Assembly (NCBI GenBank): GCA_013203665.1
Contig: JABMPU010000035.1
Location: forward strand, 113-64,112
Origin: Armatimonadota bacterium
GTDB lineage: Bacteria > Cloacimonadota > Cloacimonadia > Cloacimonadales > TCS61
Direction: 5' to 3'
Length of the DNA stretch: 64,000 nucleotides
The notes beneath the pieces were generated by a model that was not told the origin of the DNA, searched no databases, and saw only the letters and a list, made by a program, of their open reading frames with translations. This document shows positions 9,492 to 17,870 of the stretch, one piece after another. Position numbers and translations under genes: made by a program. How positions within the stretch are numbered: position 1 is the first letter of the stretch; each line of letters starts with the position of its first letter.

Positions 9492-10394
9492 TTATTTCCA
9501 GATGGGCTCGACAATGAAAAGACCGGACCCAACGATAACATGATCATTTCCTACTTTTACTTTTCGGACATAAAGCATCTTTTTAGATAGAGTTGATTGT
9601 CCGGGCTGAGGCCACAAATAAACGATAAATGCTTTATCCTCTATCTGGAGTTTATCTATCATTTCTCTGACTACATATTTTCCAACTCCATCTTTGAAAT
9701 CAATCAAATCCCTACCTTTAATTCCCGGAAAGACCGGATCAACAATCGCTTTTCCTTCCATTGAAATAACAAAAATATAAACATCTGAAAAATAAAACAT
9801 TGTACTCTTATCAACGAGTTTACTGTAGGCTGCTTCACCTTCTTTCTTAATTAAATTGGCGGCAGCATCAATTGTATCGAGCATAAATTTCTTTTCAAGA
9901 TGAATTTGATAGGTTCCGCTGCCGATGATAAAAGAATTCCCTTCCTGATCATTAACTTTCATGACATAAGCACTTTTCCAGTATGGAAATATCTCCCCTC
10001 GCTCAGCCCATAAATAATGAATCCAACCATAAGGTTTTGAAGGATTCGAAGCAACATCGATAATATTCCGGATCACCGGTTTACCGTTCATATCCTGCAA
10101 ATCCAATATATTTGTTCCTACAAATTCCTTTTCATAGGGATGAAAAATACAGTTCCCTTTTAAATCATAAAGAAATAAGTACCTCTTACCTTTTATCCAT
10201 TTGCTGTCCTTGTCGCCAAAATCAATGAAGGCTCCGGCTCCTTTCTGTGAAAAATATGCTGCTGCTGTTTCTACAAATTCTATCAAATCAATAGTCTCTT
10301 GAAACTGATATTGTGATTCCAGGATTTGGGATGAACCCTGCAAAGAGAAAAAGAAGGTAAGAAATAATAGACATAAAATTTTAACTTTTATCAT
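9492..10394 (-). CDS. Secreted protein made of two tandem sCache_2-like (single Cache 2) domains, with no transmitter domain
   Basis: The signal peptide is MIKVKILCLLFLTFFFSLQG. Two repeats follow the sCache_2 pattern (YLFLYDLKGNCIFHP...GWIHYLW...IIGSGTY and YIFVISMEGKAIVDP...IVYLWPQP...VIVGSGLF). The stop codon is 10 nt upstream of the permease start. Confidence 0.6.
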   Translation of the reverse strand: MIKVKILCLLFLTFFFSLQGSSQILESQYQFQETIDLIEFVETAAAYFSQKGAGAFIDFGDKDSKWIKGKRYLFLYDLKGNCIFHPYEKEFVGTNILDLQDMNGKPVIRNIIDVASNPSKPYGWIHYLWAERGEIFPYWKSAYVMKVNDQEGNSFIIGSGTYQIHLEKKFMLDTIDAAANLIKKEGEAAYSKLVDKSTMFYFSDVYIFVISMEGKAIVDPVFPGIKGRDLIDFKDGVGKYVVREMIDKLQIEDKAFIVYLWPQPGQSTLSKKMLYVRKVKVGNDHVIVGSGLFIVEPIWK

Positions 10395-10738
10395 ATAACT
10401 TTTCCCAGCAATAATAAAGAACAACAACCTTAATATCTGTTGTTATTTACAAAAACTGTGTTCGAATATAAAAAGAGTATCGATAATGTAAATATATTTT
10501 TTTATCTATATGAAACTTCGCAAAGCTGAGTATTACTCATGAGATGTTTCGTTTGAGATTTCTTAGTTTATCTGAATTTTTTTAATTTGAATTCCTTTTA
10601 TTCTCCCTTTTACTTGTCGCATCATAGATAGGTAGTATTATGAGGGTTGATATCCATTACTTCTTCGGGATCGTCAAAAGAAGTAATGCCCTGATGCATA
10701 TCGGTGAACCAAGGAAATCTCGACACTCCGGCAAAAGC

Positions 10739-11296
10739 TTATTTCCTGAGTTTGACTGCTGTACCGTACACCAGTAATTCAGCAGCACTACCCACAACAC
10801 TTGTAGTCATATAGCGAACATTGATGATTGCATCGGATCCCATTTCTGCTGCCTGAGCCATCATCCTGTTGGTAGCAGTTGAGCGAGCGTTTCCCATCAT
10901 CTCGGTGTATTCAGTTAATTCACCACCCAGGATTAGCCTGATAAGAGCTGATAAATCTTTACCAAGCCAGATTGCAAAAACTGTATGTCCTTGGACCAGA
11001 CCAAGGATCTCACGAGTCTTCCTGCCGGGTACTGTATCAGAATTCAGTAGCAGAACCCTGGTTTCAAGCTCAGCAGGTAAAGACTTATCTGCGGGTCTCT
11101 TTGCTTTTCTTTGTTCCAGGGCTACTGTAATCAGAACCAATAGAATGCCACCCAGAAGACAGAAAACCGCTAGGCGCAGCCATAATGGTACAATAGGATC
11201 ATCAGCAACAAGTATGTGCCATGGCATTCCGACAAAGATTGCAACAAACAATCCAAGCACAAAAGCTAATGAACCAATATGTCGAAGTACTTTCAT
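10739..11296 (-). CDS. Membrane-anchored YbjQ/UPF0145-family protein
   Basis: The C-terminal 105 aa match the YbjQ pattern (ILGLVQGHTVFAIWLGKDL...GGELTEYTEMM..AR..A..RM...A.EMGSDAIINVRY). The N-terminus has two hydrophobic helices. The start at 11296 has an aaggagg RBS. Confidence 0.7.
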   Translation of the reverse strand: MKVLRHIGSLAFVLGLFVAIFVGMPWHILVADDPIVPLWLRLAVFCLLGGILLVLITVALEQRKAKRPADKSLPAELETRVLLLNSDTVPGRKTREILGLVQGHTVFAIWLGKDLSALIRLILGGELTEYTEMMGNARSTATNRMMAQAAEMGSDAIINVRYMTTSVVGSAAELLVYGTAVKLRK

Positions 11297-11387
11297 TGCT
11301 CCTCCTTTTTGCATTTTTTGACTAACATAAATCATGCTACTCATAAGATCTGCTTACAAGCGTAGATTTATTCACTTTTTGATATTT

Positions 11388-12200
11388 TCATCTTTCCAGA
11401 TACTGTGTTCTGTAGTTGAGTCTGCCATTTTTATATTCAAATATTCTGAAAGAAGGCTGTCTGCCCCAATGATCTGTTACGGGTGTAGAAATATACAACG
11501 GTATATCTCCCAGCCAGTAATGTTCATCCCTGTGAAAATGCCCAGCGAGCACACCTATAACGTTGTAGGCATTCAGGACTTCTTCCCATTTTGAGCGGAT
11601 GTCATTTTCCCAACCGCTGTGCATCTGGTTCAGGTAAAAATCTTCTACAGAGGGAATATGATGGAAAACTACAGTTGGTTTGCCTTCAGCACGTTGGAGT
11701 GCTTCTTCCAGTTCCGATAACGGCTCAAAATCTTCTACCAAAAATGATCTTGCCAGCGGATTTGAATAAAGTCCGATAAAAACAATTTCTCCGAACTCGT
11801 TCTCAGTGAGTAAAGGTCCGAAATGTTCTATATAGGCATCTTTTGTACCCTCAAGATTGTTGCGATAGATATCGTGGTTACCAGGGATCATTAAAAGCGG
11901 AGCTTCCAATTGTTCGAGTGCTGAAATAGCGTTAATTACGGCAATGGTATCTTCCATACCATAATTTACAATATCGCCGGTATGAACAATGCACTGAATG
12001 TGCATGGGAAGATTATTGATCTGCTCTACAATTTTCTGTGTAAGTTCCAGGTTATTCTCTGTTCCTACATGTGTATCTGTGAGATGCACAAAATAGAAAT
12101 GATTGTTCAGGCTGTCCGCTGACTCTATCTGAGCGCAAAGACATATACAGGAAACAAGCAAAACCACAAGTGTGAAAAATCTAATTTTATATTTGAACAT
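11388..12200 (-). CDS. Secreted calcineurin-like metallophosphoesterase
   Basis: A signal peptide is followed by the motifs FVHLTDTHVG, HTGDIVNYG, IPGNHD and AGHFH. Confidence 0.85.
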   Translation of the reverse strand: MFKYKIRFFTLVVLLVSCICLCAQIESADSLNNHFYFVHLTDTHVGTENNLELTQKIVEQINNLPMHIQCIVHTGDIVNYGMEDTIAVINAISALEQLEAPLLMIPGNHDIYRNNLEGTKDAYIEHFGPLLTENEFGEIVFIGLYSNPLARSFLVEDFEPLSELEEALQRAEGKPTVVFHHIPSVEDFYLNQMHSGWENDIRSKWEEVLNAYNVIGVLAGHFHRDEHYWLGDIPLYISTPVTDHWGRQPSFRIFEYKNGRLNYRTQYLER

Positions 12201-12365
12201 AACTTACTCCCAGGCTAATTTATTATACTATTGGAAGCAATATTATTTGAATTAATTTGTCAAATCAAAAAAGTAATAATATATTTATATTTAACTCTCT
12301 GCTTGTTCTCTCATTCACAACTTTTCGTCCGAACCGGAAGATTCGGACGGAGAGGATATGAGCTT

Positions 12366-12935
12366 CTATTTAAACTGCAATCCTAAACCAAATATTATAT
12401 AACCCTTTTCTATATCTCTGAAATAATAATGAATCTCCGGGCGTAAATAGAGACCGGTTCCTGTTTTGCCACCTATGAATATTCCATGCAGATAATAGTT
12501 TAAATCTAATTTCAAATCATCATCTGCAGCATTTCTGAAAATGCCGCGATAACCACCATAAATTCTATCACTACCAAAGATCAGCATAGGGTAACCTTCA
12601 AAGTAATTTAAGTCTTGGGTAAGTAAACAGGATGCACCCAAATCTGCAGAAACCAGGAAAGGTTGAGCCAGGAGTTGATATTTTATTTCTCCCATCACAC
12701 CGCCACTCAAAGCCGGAAGACCAAAAAGTTTGGCTCCTGCTTCCCAGTTTTTGCCCAATCCCCGTCTTGTATGCACCTCCAGGTTGACGAAATAAAACTC
12801 ATCCTCATCGCCAATAAAAGAAGCTCCGATTCCTGTTTCCGTTTTCCCTTTTGGCAATACACCGGGAGACTGAAATACAGACATGGAAGAACAGCCTGTG
12901 AGTATTATGAATAATAAAGGAATTATCGATTTCAT
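12366..12935 (-). CDS. Small lipoprotein, probably an outer-membrane beta-barrel
   Basis: It has the lipobox LFIILTGCSS, alternating Gly/aromatic strands, and a C-terminal GLGLQFK. Confidence 0.5.
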   Translation of the reverse strand: MKSIIPLLFIILTGCSSMSVFQSPGVLPKGKTETGIGASFIGDEDEFYFVNLEVHTRRGLGKNWEAGAKLFGLPALSGGVMGEIKYQLLAQPFLVSADLGASCLLTQDLNYFEGYPMLIFGSDRIYGGYRGIFRNAADDDLKLDLNYYLHGIFIGGKTGTGLYLRPEIHYYFRDIEKGYIIFGLGLQFK

Positions 12936-12979
12936 TTTAGTAACTCTTTCATGTTAACAATTTCCCCTTTTTTATAACA

Positions 12980-13200
12980 TTAATTCCGACATATTTGGTA
13001 AATCGTTCTTCCAGTTCCTTTAGGTAGATCTATCGTTTTGCCGACATCAGCAAAATGATTTGGCATATATTTTCTATTCTTCGCACGGCCGCTAAACCGG
13101 CTCTGAATAATGGATTCCGCGAAGATGCATGAAAGTTCTTGTGGTTAATTACCATATAGTTGAAATCAACAAAATGGTTCGAGTTATTGATAATTTTTCC
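12980..13200 (-). pseudogene. Decayed DinD-like (DNA-damage-inducible protein D family) remnant
   Basis: Two minus-strand frames carry fragments. One reads IINNSNHFVDFNYMVINH. The other reads MPNHFADVGKTIDLPKGTGRTIYQ (12980-13066). Both resemble the DHFVDVNKMV.LGSG..R core I recall from DinD-family proteins. The frames are broken by stops. Confidence 0.3.
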
Positions 13201-13218
13201 AAATATTTATTAATTTAT

Positions 13219-16200
13219 TCATAATTCAAATTTATCTATCTCGCCAACAATCCTCACACTCTCCAAACTAACTGTAACAATCTTCTTTATCAATCGGACA
13301 ATATATTGCTGATCATCGTGATTATTGGGATTATGAGTAATACCGCTAACTTTATCTGTTTTAATTCTATATTGGTCAATTATCCAATGTAGTGCAGAAC
13401 GATTTCCAAGCTTGTACTGATAAACTTCCTCAGGAATACAATTCAGCGTTAGAAAATCATTATATTTAAGTTCGGTTTTGTCTTTGGACAACCGCATTTT
13501 GATTACGTTCCAATCAAGCTTTGTATCCGGTGTTTCGATCATTTCCAAAGTATATTCATCTGCATTTTCATAATTTAAGTGAATTTCAGAAAGTTGCTTA
13601 CCAAATTCTGATAATGCTTGGAAATTTTCGTAAAAAGGAATTCTCGGTAGTTCTCTTTTTAAGTTAGCTGAATATTTTTCTCGATAATCTGTATTATGTA
13701 GAGCTGCATAAATATAATAAAAAATGTCCCACTTAGTTATATCTGCAGCTTGATAATGATTTCTGAACTTTTCCAGAGACCAGTCTGTAATGTTCTCGGT
13801 TCTTTTACTGCCGTCTTTTTTGTAAACGTAAAAGGGAAAGCACTGAGATTTTTCAAGGAAATCTAATGAAGTTATTTTATTTACCATTAAGCATTGGAAT
13901 TGTTTTTTATGAGCAATACCACTTACAAATATTATCTTATTTTCTCTTTCCTTTTCCTCATTGGGTAAATATTCTCTAAAGTGACCAGGTCTATCGATAA
14001 GGATATTATCATAATAAAGATTTTGTTTTGTGAAAGGTCTAAACAATGAAGATTCTATTCGATCTTCATCGTATTCTATTTTTTCACCTCTTTTACAGTG
14101 ATTCTTTAAAGTGCTACTCCATTTGATTTTCTCATAATTTACAAATTCATCGATGTTAAAATCATTTCCTTTTTTTGTGTTTTCATATCTTGTTACTTCA
14201 TTATTATAATCATCACAGAGTTGGATTATTCGATCTTCAAGATCATCTTTATTAAAATCATAAACCACATAATCTCTATTGGTAGAAACTCCGAGTGAAT
14301 AATATTTGAAAATAGATTTTACATTCAGGACATCGCTGTTTTTGGTCTCTTTGGTTCCCATTGGTAGAAAAGTTTTAAAATCTTCCTGAATATCTTCGTT
14401 CAACCAGTTATTGTTTTCATCAGGTATTAGCTCTTTCCAGTGCATGTTGTGATATGTACGTACTTTCTCCAACATTTCAAATTTTTCATTTCTGGTTGCT
14501 CTGAAATCAACAGTATTATAAAATATTTTTCTGTCCTTCAGATTTGTATTTTTTATGAGAAATGTGATTGAAACTCCAACCATTGCACTAAGACCGAACA
14601 CAGTATGTTTCTCTCCTAGTGGAATCCCATCTTTCATCGAATCTTTACGGATATCACCTTGTAAATCAATAATATATATTCTATTAAAACCCTCAAATAA
14701 ATGTTTTCTCATGCCATCAAAAGTAAAATCTTTGATAAAACTGTTGTTACTAATATAAGCTACAACACCGTTTTCTTCAATTCTTTCAGAGGCAAATTTA
14801 ATCGCTTTTATATAAGGGTCGAATAGTTTACTTTTTAGAGTTGCTTTAGAATCCTTAGCATAAGTATCGTGAATTTTTTTGTCCAGAGCAGGATATTTTC
14901 TATTCTTATTATTATCATTTTCATTAACTTGATTGGCATTATACGGTGGATTGCCGATGATTACGGTTATAGGAGATCCCTTTTGTTTATTTATTCTATC
15001 GGTATTTTCTTTATTCATAAAATCCAGAATATGCTGTGCTTCTTCTGCTAGCTCAAAAGTATCTACCAGGCATATTCCTTTGAACGGTTTATATTTTCCT
15101 GTCAGCTCAAAATAAAGATGCTCAATATTCATAGAAGAGATATAGTAAGGAAGCAGCATTACTTCATTGCAGTGCAGTTCTTCATCATATTTTTTCTGCA
15201 AACTTGTTTTCATTACTTCTTTCATCACTCTCAAAATGAAATTACCAGTTCCAACAAATGGATCGAGAATATGAACATTTTCATCAGATAATGATTTATT
15301 AAATTCTATTTGTAGAATATCTTGAACAGAATTAACCATAAAATCAACAATAGGTTGTGGAGTATAGACGATACCATGAGTATTAGCAACTTTAACAGAA
15401 AATCCCTGAAAGAAATTCTCATAAACCGTGTTCATGAAATCTTGTTTTTGTGAATAATCCTTAATTAATTCTGCTGTATGTTCGATGGCATAATAAAAAC
15501 GATCGAGTTTTTTCAAGAAGTCAGTTCTGCTGAAATACTTTGAGGTTAGTGCTAAAATAACTTTTTCAATTTCTGCTGCAATTGTATTATTGTTCCTGAA
15601 ATCAGGATTATGGAAAATTTTCCTGAAAATTCGTTCCGTTAATAGATGCTGAATAAGCATTTCATTAATAGATTCTCTTCTTAGATTTTTATTGATTGAG
15701 TCTTTACATAATTCTTCGAAATCAATGAATACTTTTCTGAAAGTTTTATTTGTTTTGTATTCTCTTTCAATAATTTGCATTAAGCTTTGTGCAAGTTCGG
15801 GGATTTTTATTTTGAATTCATCAACAGCTTGTTTCCATTCAATATATTCCGGTGGTTGATACTCGAAGAAAATCTTTAATGCAAAAATCAAATTTTCAGG
15901 TGCTGATATGTTTATGTCTTGCACAAATAATCTATTTTGATAAATGATAATTCTGTCGGGAGTCTGAAAAATAATATTGTCAGTCGGATAACCATTTTCA
16001 ATTTTTTTCTTAATTTCAAGTTCAAAGTCATCTTTGGTATCTTTCGCTTCCCAGAATCCATGAACCAGCTTATATCCATCAACAATTGCACCATCAGGCC
16101 GTATCGTAGAATTTCGATAACCAATTGTAGAATATTGTTCTATAAGTGTCCATTTGAATTGTCTGGCATAAAATCTGAGAATATTGGCAAAGAAAGGAGA

Positions 16201-16335
16201 AACAGCTCCTTCATTGTCCTGATCAAGTTTCTTCAGTTTTCTGATTTCTGAGTAGTATTCTTTGATTACTTTATGGGTCGATTTTATGTTCATTACTTCT
16301 CCAGTCTTAGTTTCATAGTTTCCCTTCCGGTTCAT
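13219..16335 (-). CDS. Single-polypeptide restriction-modification enzyme (Type IIG-like): N-terminal PD-(D/E)xK nuclease + gamma-class N6-adenine methyltransferase + Type-ISP-like C-terminal target-recognition domain
   Basis: The nuclease-like motif is IRPDGAIVDGYKLVHGFWEAKD. MTase motif I is ILDPFVGTGNFIL and motif IV is VIIGNPPYNANQ. The C-terminus YKLGNRSALHWIIDQYRIKTDKVSGITHNPN is typical of Type ISP/YeeA-like TRDs. No helicase or Walker motifs were seen. An alternative start at 16293 (MNIKST) has a better RBS (ggaga). Confidence 0.8.
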   Translation of the reverse strand: MNRKGNYETKTGEVMNIKSTHKVIKEYYSEIRKLKKLDQDNEGAVSPFFANILRFYARQFKWTLIEQYSTIGYRNSTIRPDGAIVDGYKLVHGFWEAKDTKDDFELEIKKKIENGYPTDNIIFQTPDRIIIYQNRLFVQDINISAPENLIFALKIFFEYQPPEYIEWKQAVDEFKIKIPELAQSLMQIIEREYKTNKTFRKVFIDFEELCKDSINKNLRRESINEMLIQHLLTERIFRKIFHNPDFRNNNTIAAEIEKVILALTSKYFSRTDFLKKLDRFYYAIEHTAELIKDYSQKQDFMNTVYENFFQGFSVKVANTHGIVYTPQPIVDFMVNSVQDILQIEFNKSLSDENVHILDPFVGTGNFILRVMKEVMKTSLQKKYDEELHCNEVMLLPYYISSMNIEHLYFELTGKYKPFKGICLVDTFELAEEAQHILDFMNKENTDRINKQKGSPITVIIGNPPYNANQVNENDNNKNRKYPALDKKIHDTYAKDSKATLKSKLFDPYIKAIKFASERIEENGVVAYISNNSFIKDFTFDGMRKHLFEGFNRIYIIDLQGDIRKDSMKDGIPLGEKHTVFGLSAMVGVSITFLIKNTNLKDRKIFYNTVDFRATRNEKFEMLEKVRTYHNMHWKELIPDENNNWLNEDIQEDFKTFLPMGTKETKNSDVLNVKSIFKYYSLGVSTNRDYVVYDFNKDDLEDRIIQLCDDYNNEVTRYENTKKGNDFNIDEFVNYEKIKWSSTLKNHCKRGEKIEYDEDRIESSLFRPFTKQNLYYDNILIDRPGHFREYLPNEEKERENKIIFVSGIAHKKQFQCLMVNKITSLDFLEKSQCFPFYVYKKDGSKRTENITDWSLEKFRNHYQAADITKWDIFYYIYAALHNTDYREKYSANLKRELPRIPFYENFQALSEFGKQLSEIHLNYENADEYTLEMIETPDTKLDWNVIKMRLSKDKTELKYNDFLTLNCIPEEVYQYKLGNRSALHWIIDQYRIKTDKVSGITHNPNNHDDQQYIVRLIKKIVTVSLESVRIVGEIDKFEL

Positions 16336-16375
16336 ATTAATAATGCATTATGAATGCAATAATTGTGATCTTAGA

Positions 16376-16409
16376 GTCAAGCAGAATAGTATTTGACGGT
16401 GTGTAGTAT
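16376..16409. repeat. 34-nt direct repeat, copy 1 (upstream of the RM gene start)
   Basis: gtcaagcagaatagtatttgacggtgtgtagtat matches 16821-16854 at 32 of 34 positions by hand alignment. Confidence 0.85.
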
Positions 16410-16419
16410 ATTAGTCATT

Positions 16420-16758
16420 CTATAACTTCGTATATTTCTTAGAGTTCCCTTTGGCTTTTGCCACGGGGTATTTTTCAGCATTTTTCAGCATTTTATCATT
16501 GGCTGCCTGCAGCGGATCTATGTCCAGTTCATCACACAGGCGCAGTAAATAAACAAATGTATCGCCAATTTCATCTTTCACTTCATTAAAAGTTTCTTCG
16601 TCCAGCTTGCGGCTTTCTTCGGTTGTTTTCCATTGAAAATGTTCCATGATCTCAGCTGTTTCAATACTCAATGCCATTGATAAATTCTTTGGTGAATGAA
16701 ATTGGACCCAGTCTCTTTCTTTGGCAAATTGTCTGATCCGTTTTACTAATTCTTTCAT
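16420..16758 (-). CDS. MazG-like all-alpha nucleoside triphosphate pyrophosphohydrolase
   Basis: 112 aa with WVQFHSPKNLSMALSIETAEIMEHFQW and EIGDTFVYLLRLCDELDIDP (ExxE...ExxD metal-binding pattern). Confidence 0.85.
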   Translation of the reverse strand: MKELVKRIRQFAKERDWVQFHSPKNLSMALSIETAEIMEHFQWKTTEESRKLDEETFNEVKDEIGDTFVYLLRLCDELDIDPLQAANDKMLKNAEKYPVAKAKGNSKKYTKL

Positions 16759-16820
16759 AAGTTTTCCTAATTGATTTCTTTATTCAATTCGTTAATAAAT
16801 TTGATTTCAAATATTATTAT

Positions 16821-16854
16821 GTCAAGCAGAATAGTATTTGCCGGTGTTTAGTAT
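16821..16854. repeat. 34-nt direct repeat, copy 2 (upstream of the MazG-like gene start)
   Basis: gtcaagcagaatagtatttgccggtgtttagtat. On the minus strand both copies end in TTGAC(T/A), about 45-65 nt upstream of the respective ATG. Confidence 0.85.
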
Positions 16855-16910
16855 CCTGTAAGAGGTTTTTGAATTGATTTTTTCTACATTAGAAATCGAC
16901 ATTTTATCTC

Positions 16911-17480
16911 CTACAATTTATATAGATCATCTTTATCCCAATTGCTGGGGTTGAATTTAATATATTGGGTTATATTGTTAAGGTCTCTTTCGTTTCGTAT
17001 TATATGCTCGTAATAATTTCTTTGCCATACTGCAAAACCAGGGAGTTTTCGGATTATGTTTATTTGTTTGGTTACGGATGATTTATAGCCACGGATGATG
17101 GCACCAATGGTTTTGGATGGGGATGTGAAGGTTGGGACAGTTGGGATGGTCGTTGGGGCGTATTGCAATACGCCCTTACTATCTACCTTACCTTCTCCTC
17201 CACCCAACACGCTCTTACTTAAATTATCTTTTATCCAGATAATCCCGTGGATATGATTTGGCATTATTATAAATTCACCAAGCTCTATGTTTGGTCTGAT
17301 TTTTGGTGTTTCTATCCATTCGTTTCTGGCTATATTTCCAAATTCATTCAACAACATTTTTTCATTGCGAATTTCACCGAACAACCATTCTCTTTGATGT
17401 GTGCAAATGGTTATAAAATATGCACCGGATTGTGAATAATCATAATTATGTAAACGAATAGATCTACTGTGAAATTTCAT
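16911..17480 (-). mobile_element. REP-associated tyrosine transposase (RAYT) / IS200-IS605 Y1-family transposase-like gene
   Basis: 189 aa with SIRLHNYDYSQSGAYFITICT, the HUH motif MPNHIHGIIWI, and the catalytic Tyr region WQRNYYEHIIRNERDLNNITQYIKFNPSNW. Confidence 0.85.
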
Positions 17481-17487
17481 TTAAACA

Positions 17488-17679
17488 TTAGCCGGATATC
17501 AGGTTTTCCAGCTTCTTTACAGCTTTCAGGTATTGTTCCGCCGAAGGAATTATTGGTCCATCAGTGAAATATACCTCTTCACGGAATTGAGTGATTTTAT
17601 CCCATCCAGCTTGTTCAATAGCAGGAGTAATAAATTTTGTTCTGATGTCAGCTTCAGTAAGTTCTCTTTTGTTTAACAT
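17488..17679 (-). pseudogene. 5' stub of a Type I restriction enzyme R subunit (hsdR N-terminal segment only)
   Basis: MLNKRELTEADIRTKFITPAIEQAGWD..REEVYFTDG matches the conserved HsdR N-terminus (SEADTR...I.PAL..AGW). The ORF stops after 63 aa, 7 nt before the RAYT start codon. Confidence 0.55.
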
Positions 17680-17829
17680 ACGGATTTATCTTCTAATAAT
17701 ATTATTTAGAATTTAATTTCTATTATATTCTATCCCCGTCAAATGTTTTCTATTTATTTCTTTGCTCAACAGGGTAATATAAGCCAAATTAGTTTTTAAA
17801 GGGTATTATGTCGCAAGTTAAAAAAAAAA

Positions 17830-17863
17830 TTAAAAAAAAAGGAAGAGCAAATGCTCTTCCTTT
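17830..17863 (-). terminator. Rho-independent terminator after the 17871-18299 gene
   Basis: The stem is aaaggaagagc/gctcttccttt (17838-17848 / 17853-17863) with a 4-nt loop. It is followed on the minus strand by a run of 9 T. Confidence 0.75.
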
Positions 17864-17870
17864 GCAAGCC

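Noticed and set aside
10869-11321. 150-aa ORF on the plus strand
   Set aside because: It is antisense to the YbjQ-family gene. The open frame is explained by the locally higher G+C, and it has no RBS or motifs.
13219-16335. Considered a BREX PglX methyltransferase or a full Type ISP enzyme
   Set aside because: No PglZ, BrxC or BrxL-like genes are nearby, and there are no helicase/ATPase motifs in the protein. Nuclease + MTase + TRD in one chain fits a Type IIG-like enzyme better.
17488-17679. Considered evidence for a functional Type I RM system
   Set aside because: Only the first 40 residues or so are HsdR-like. No hsdM, hsdS or the remainder of hsdR is present in the window, so I treat it as a remnant.
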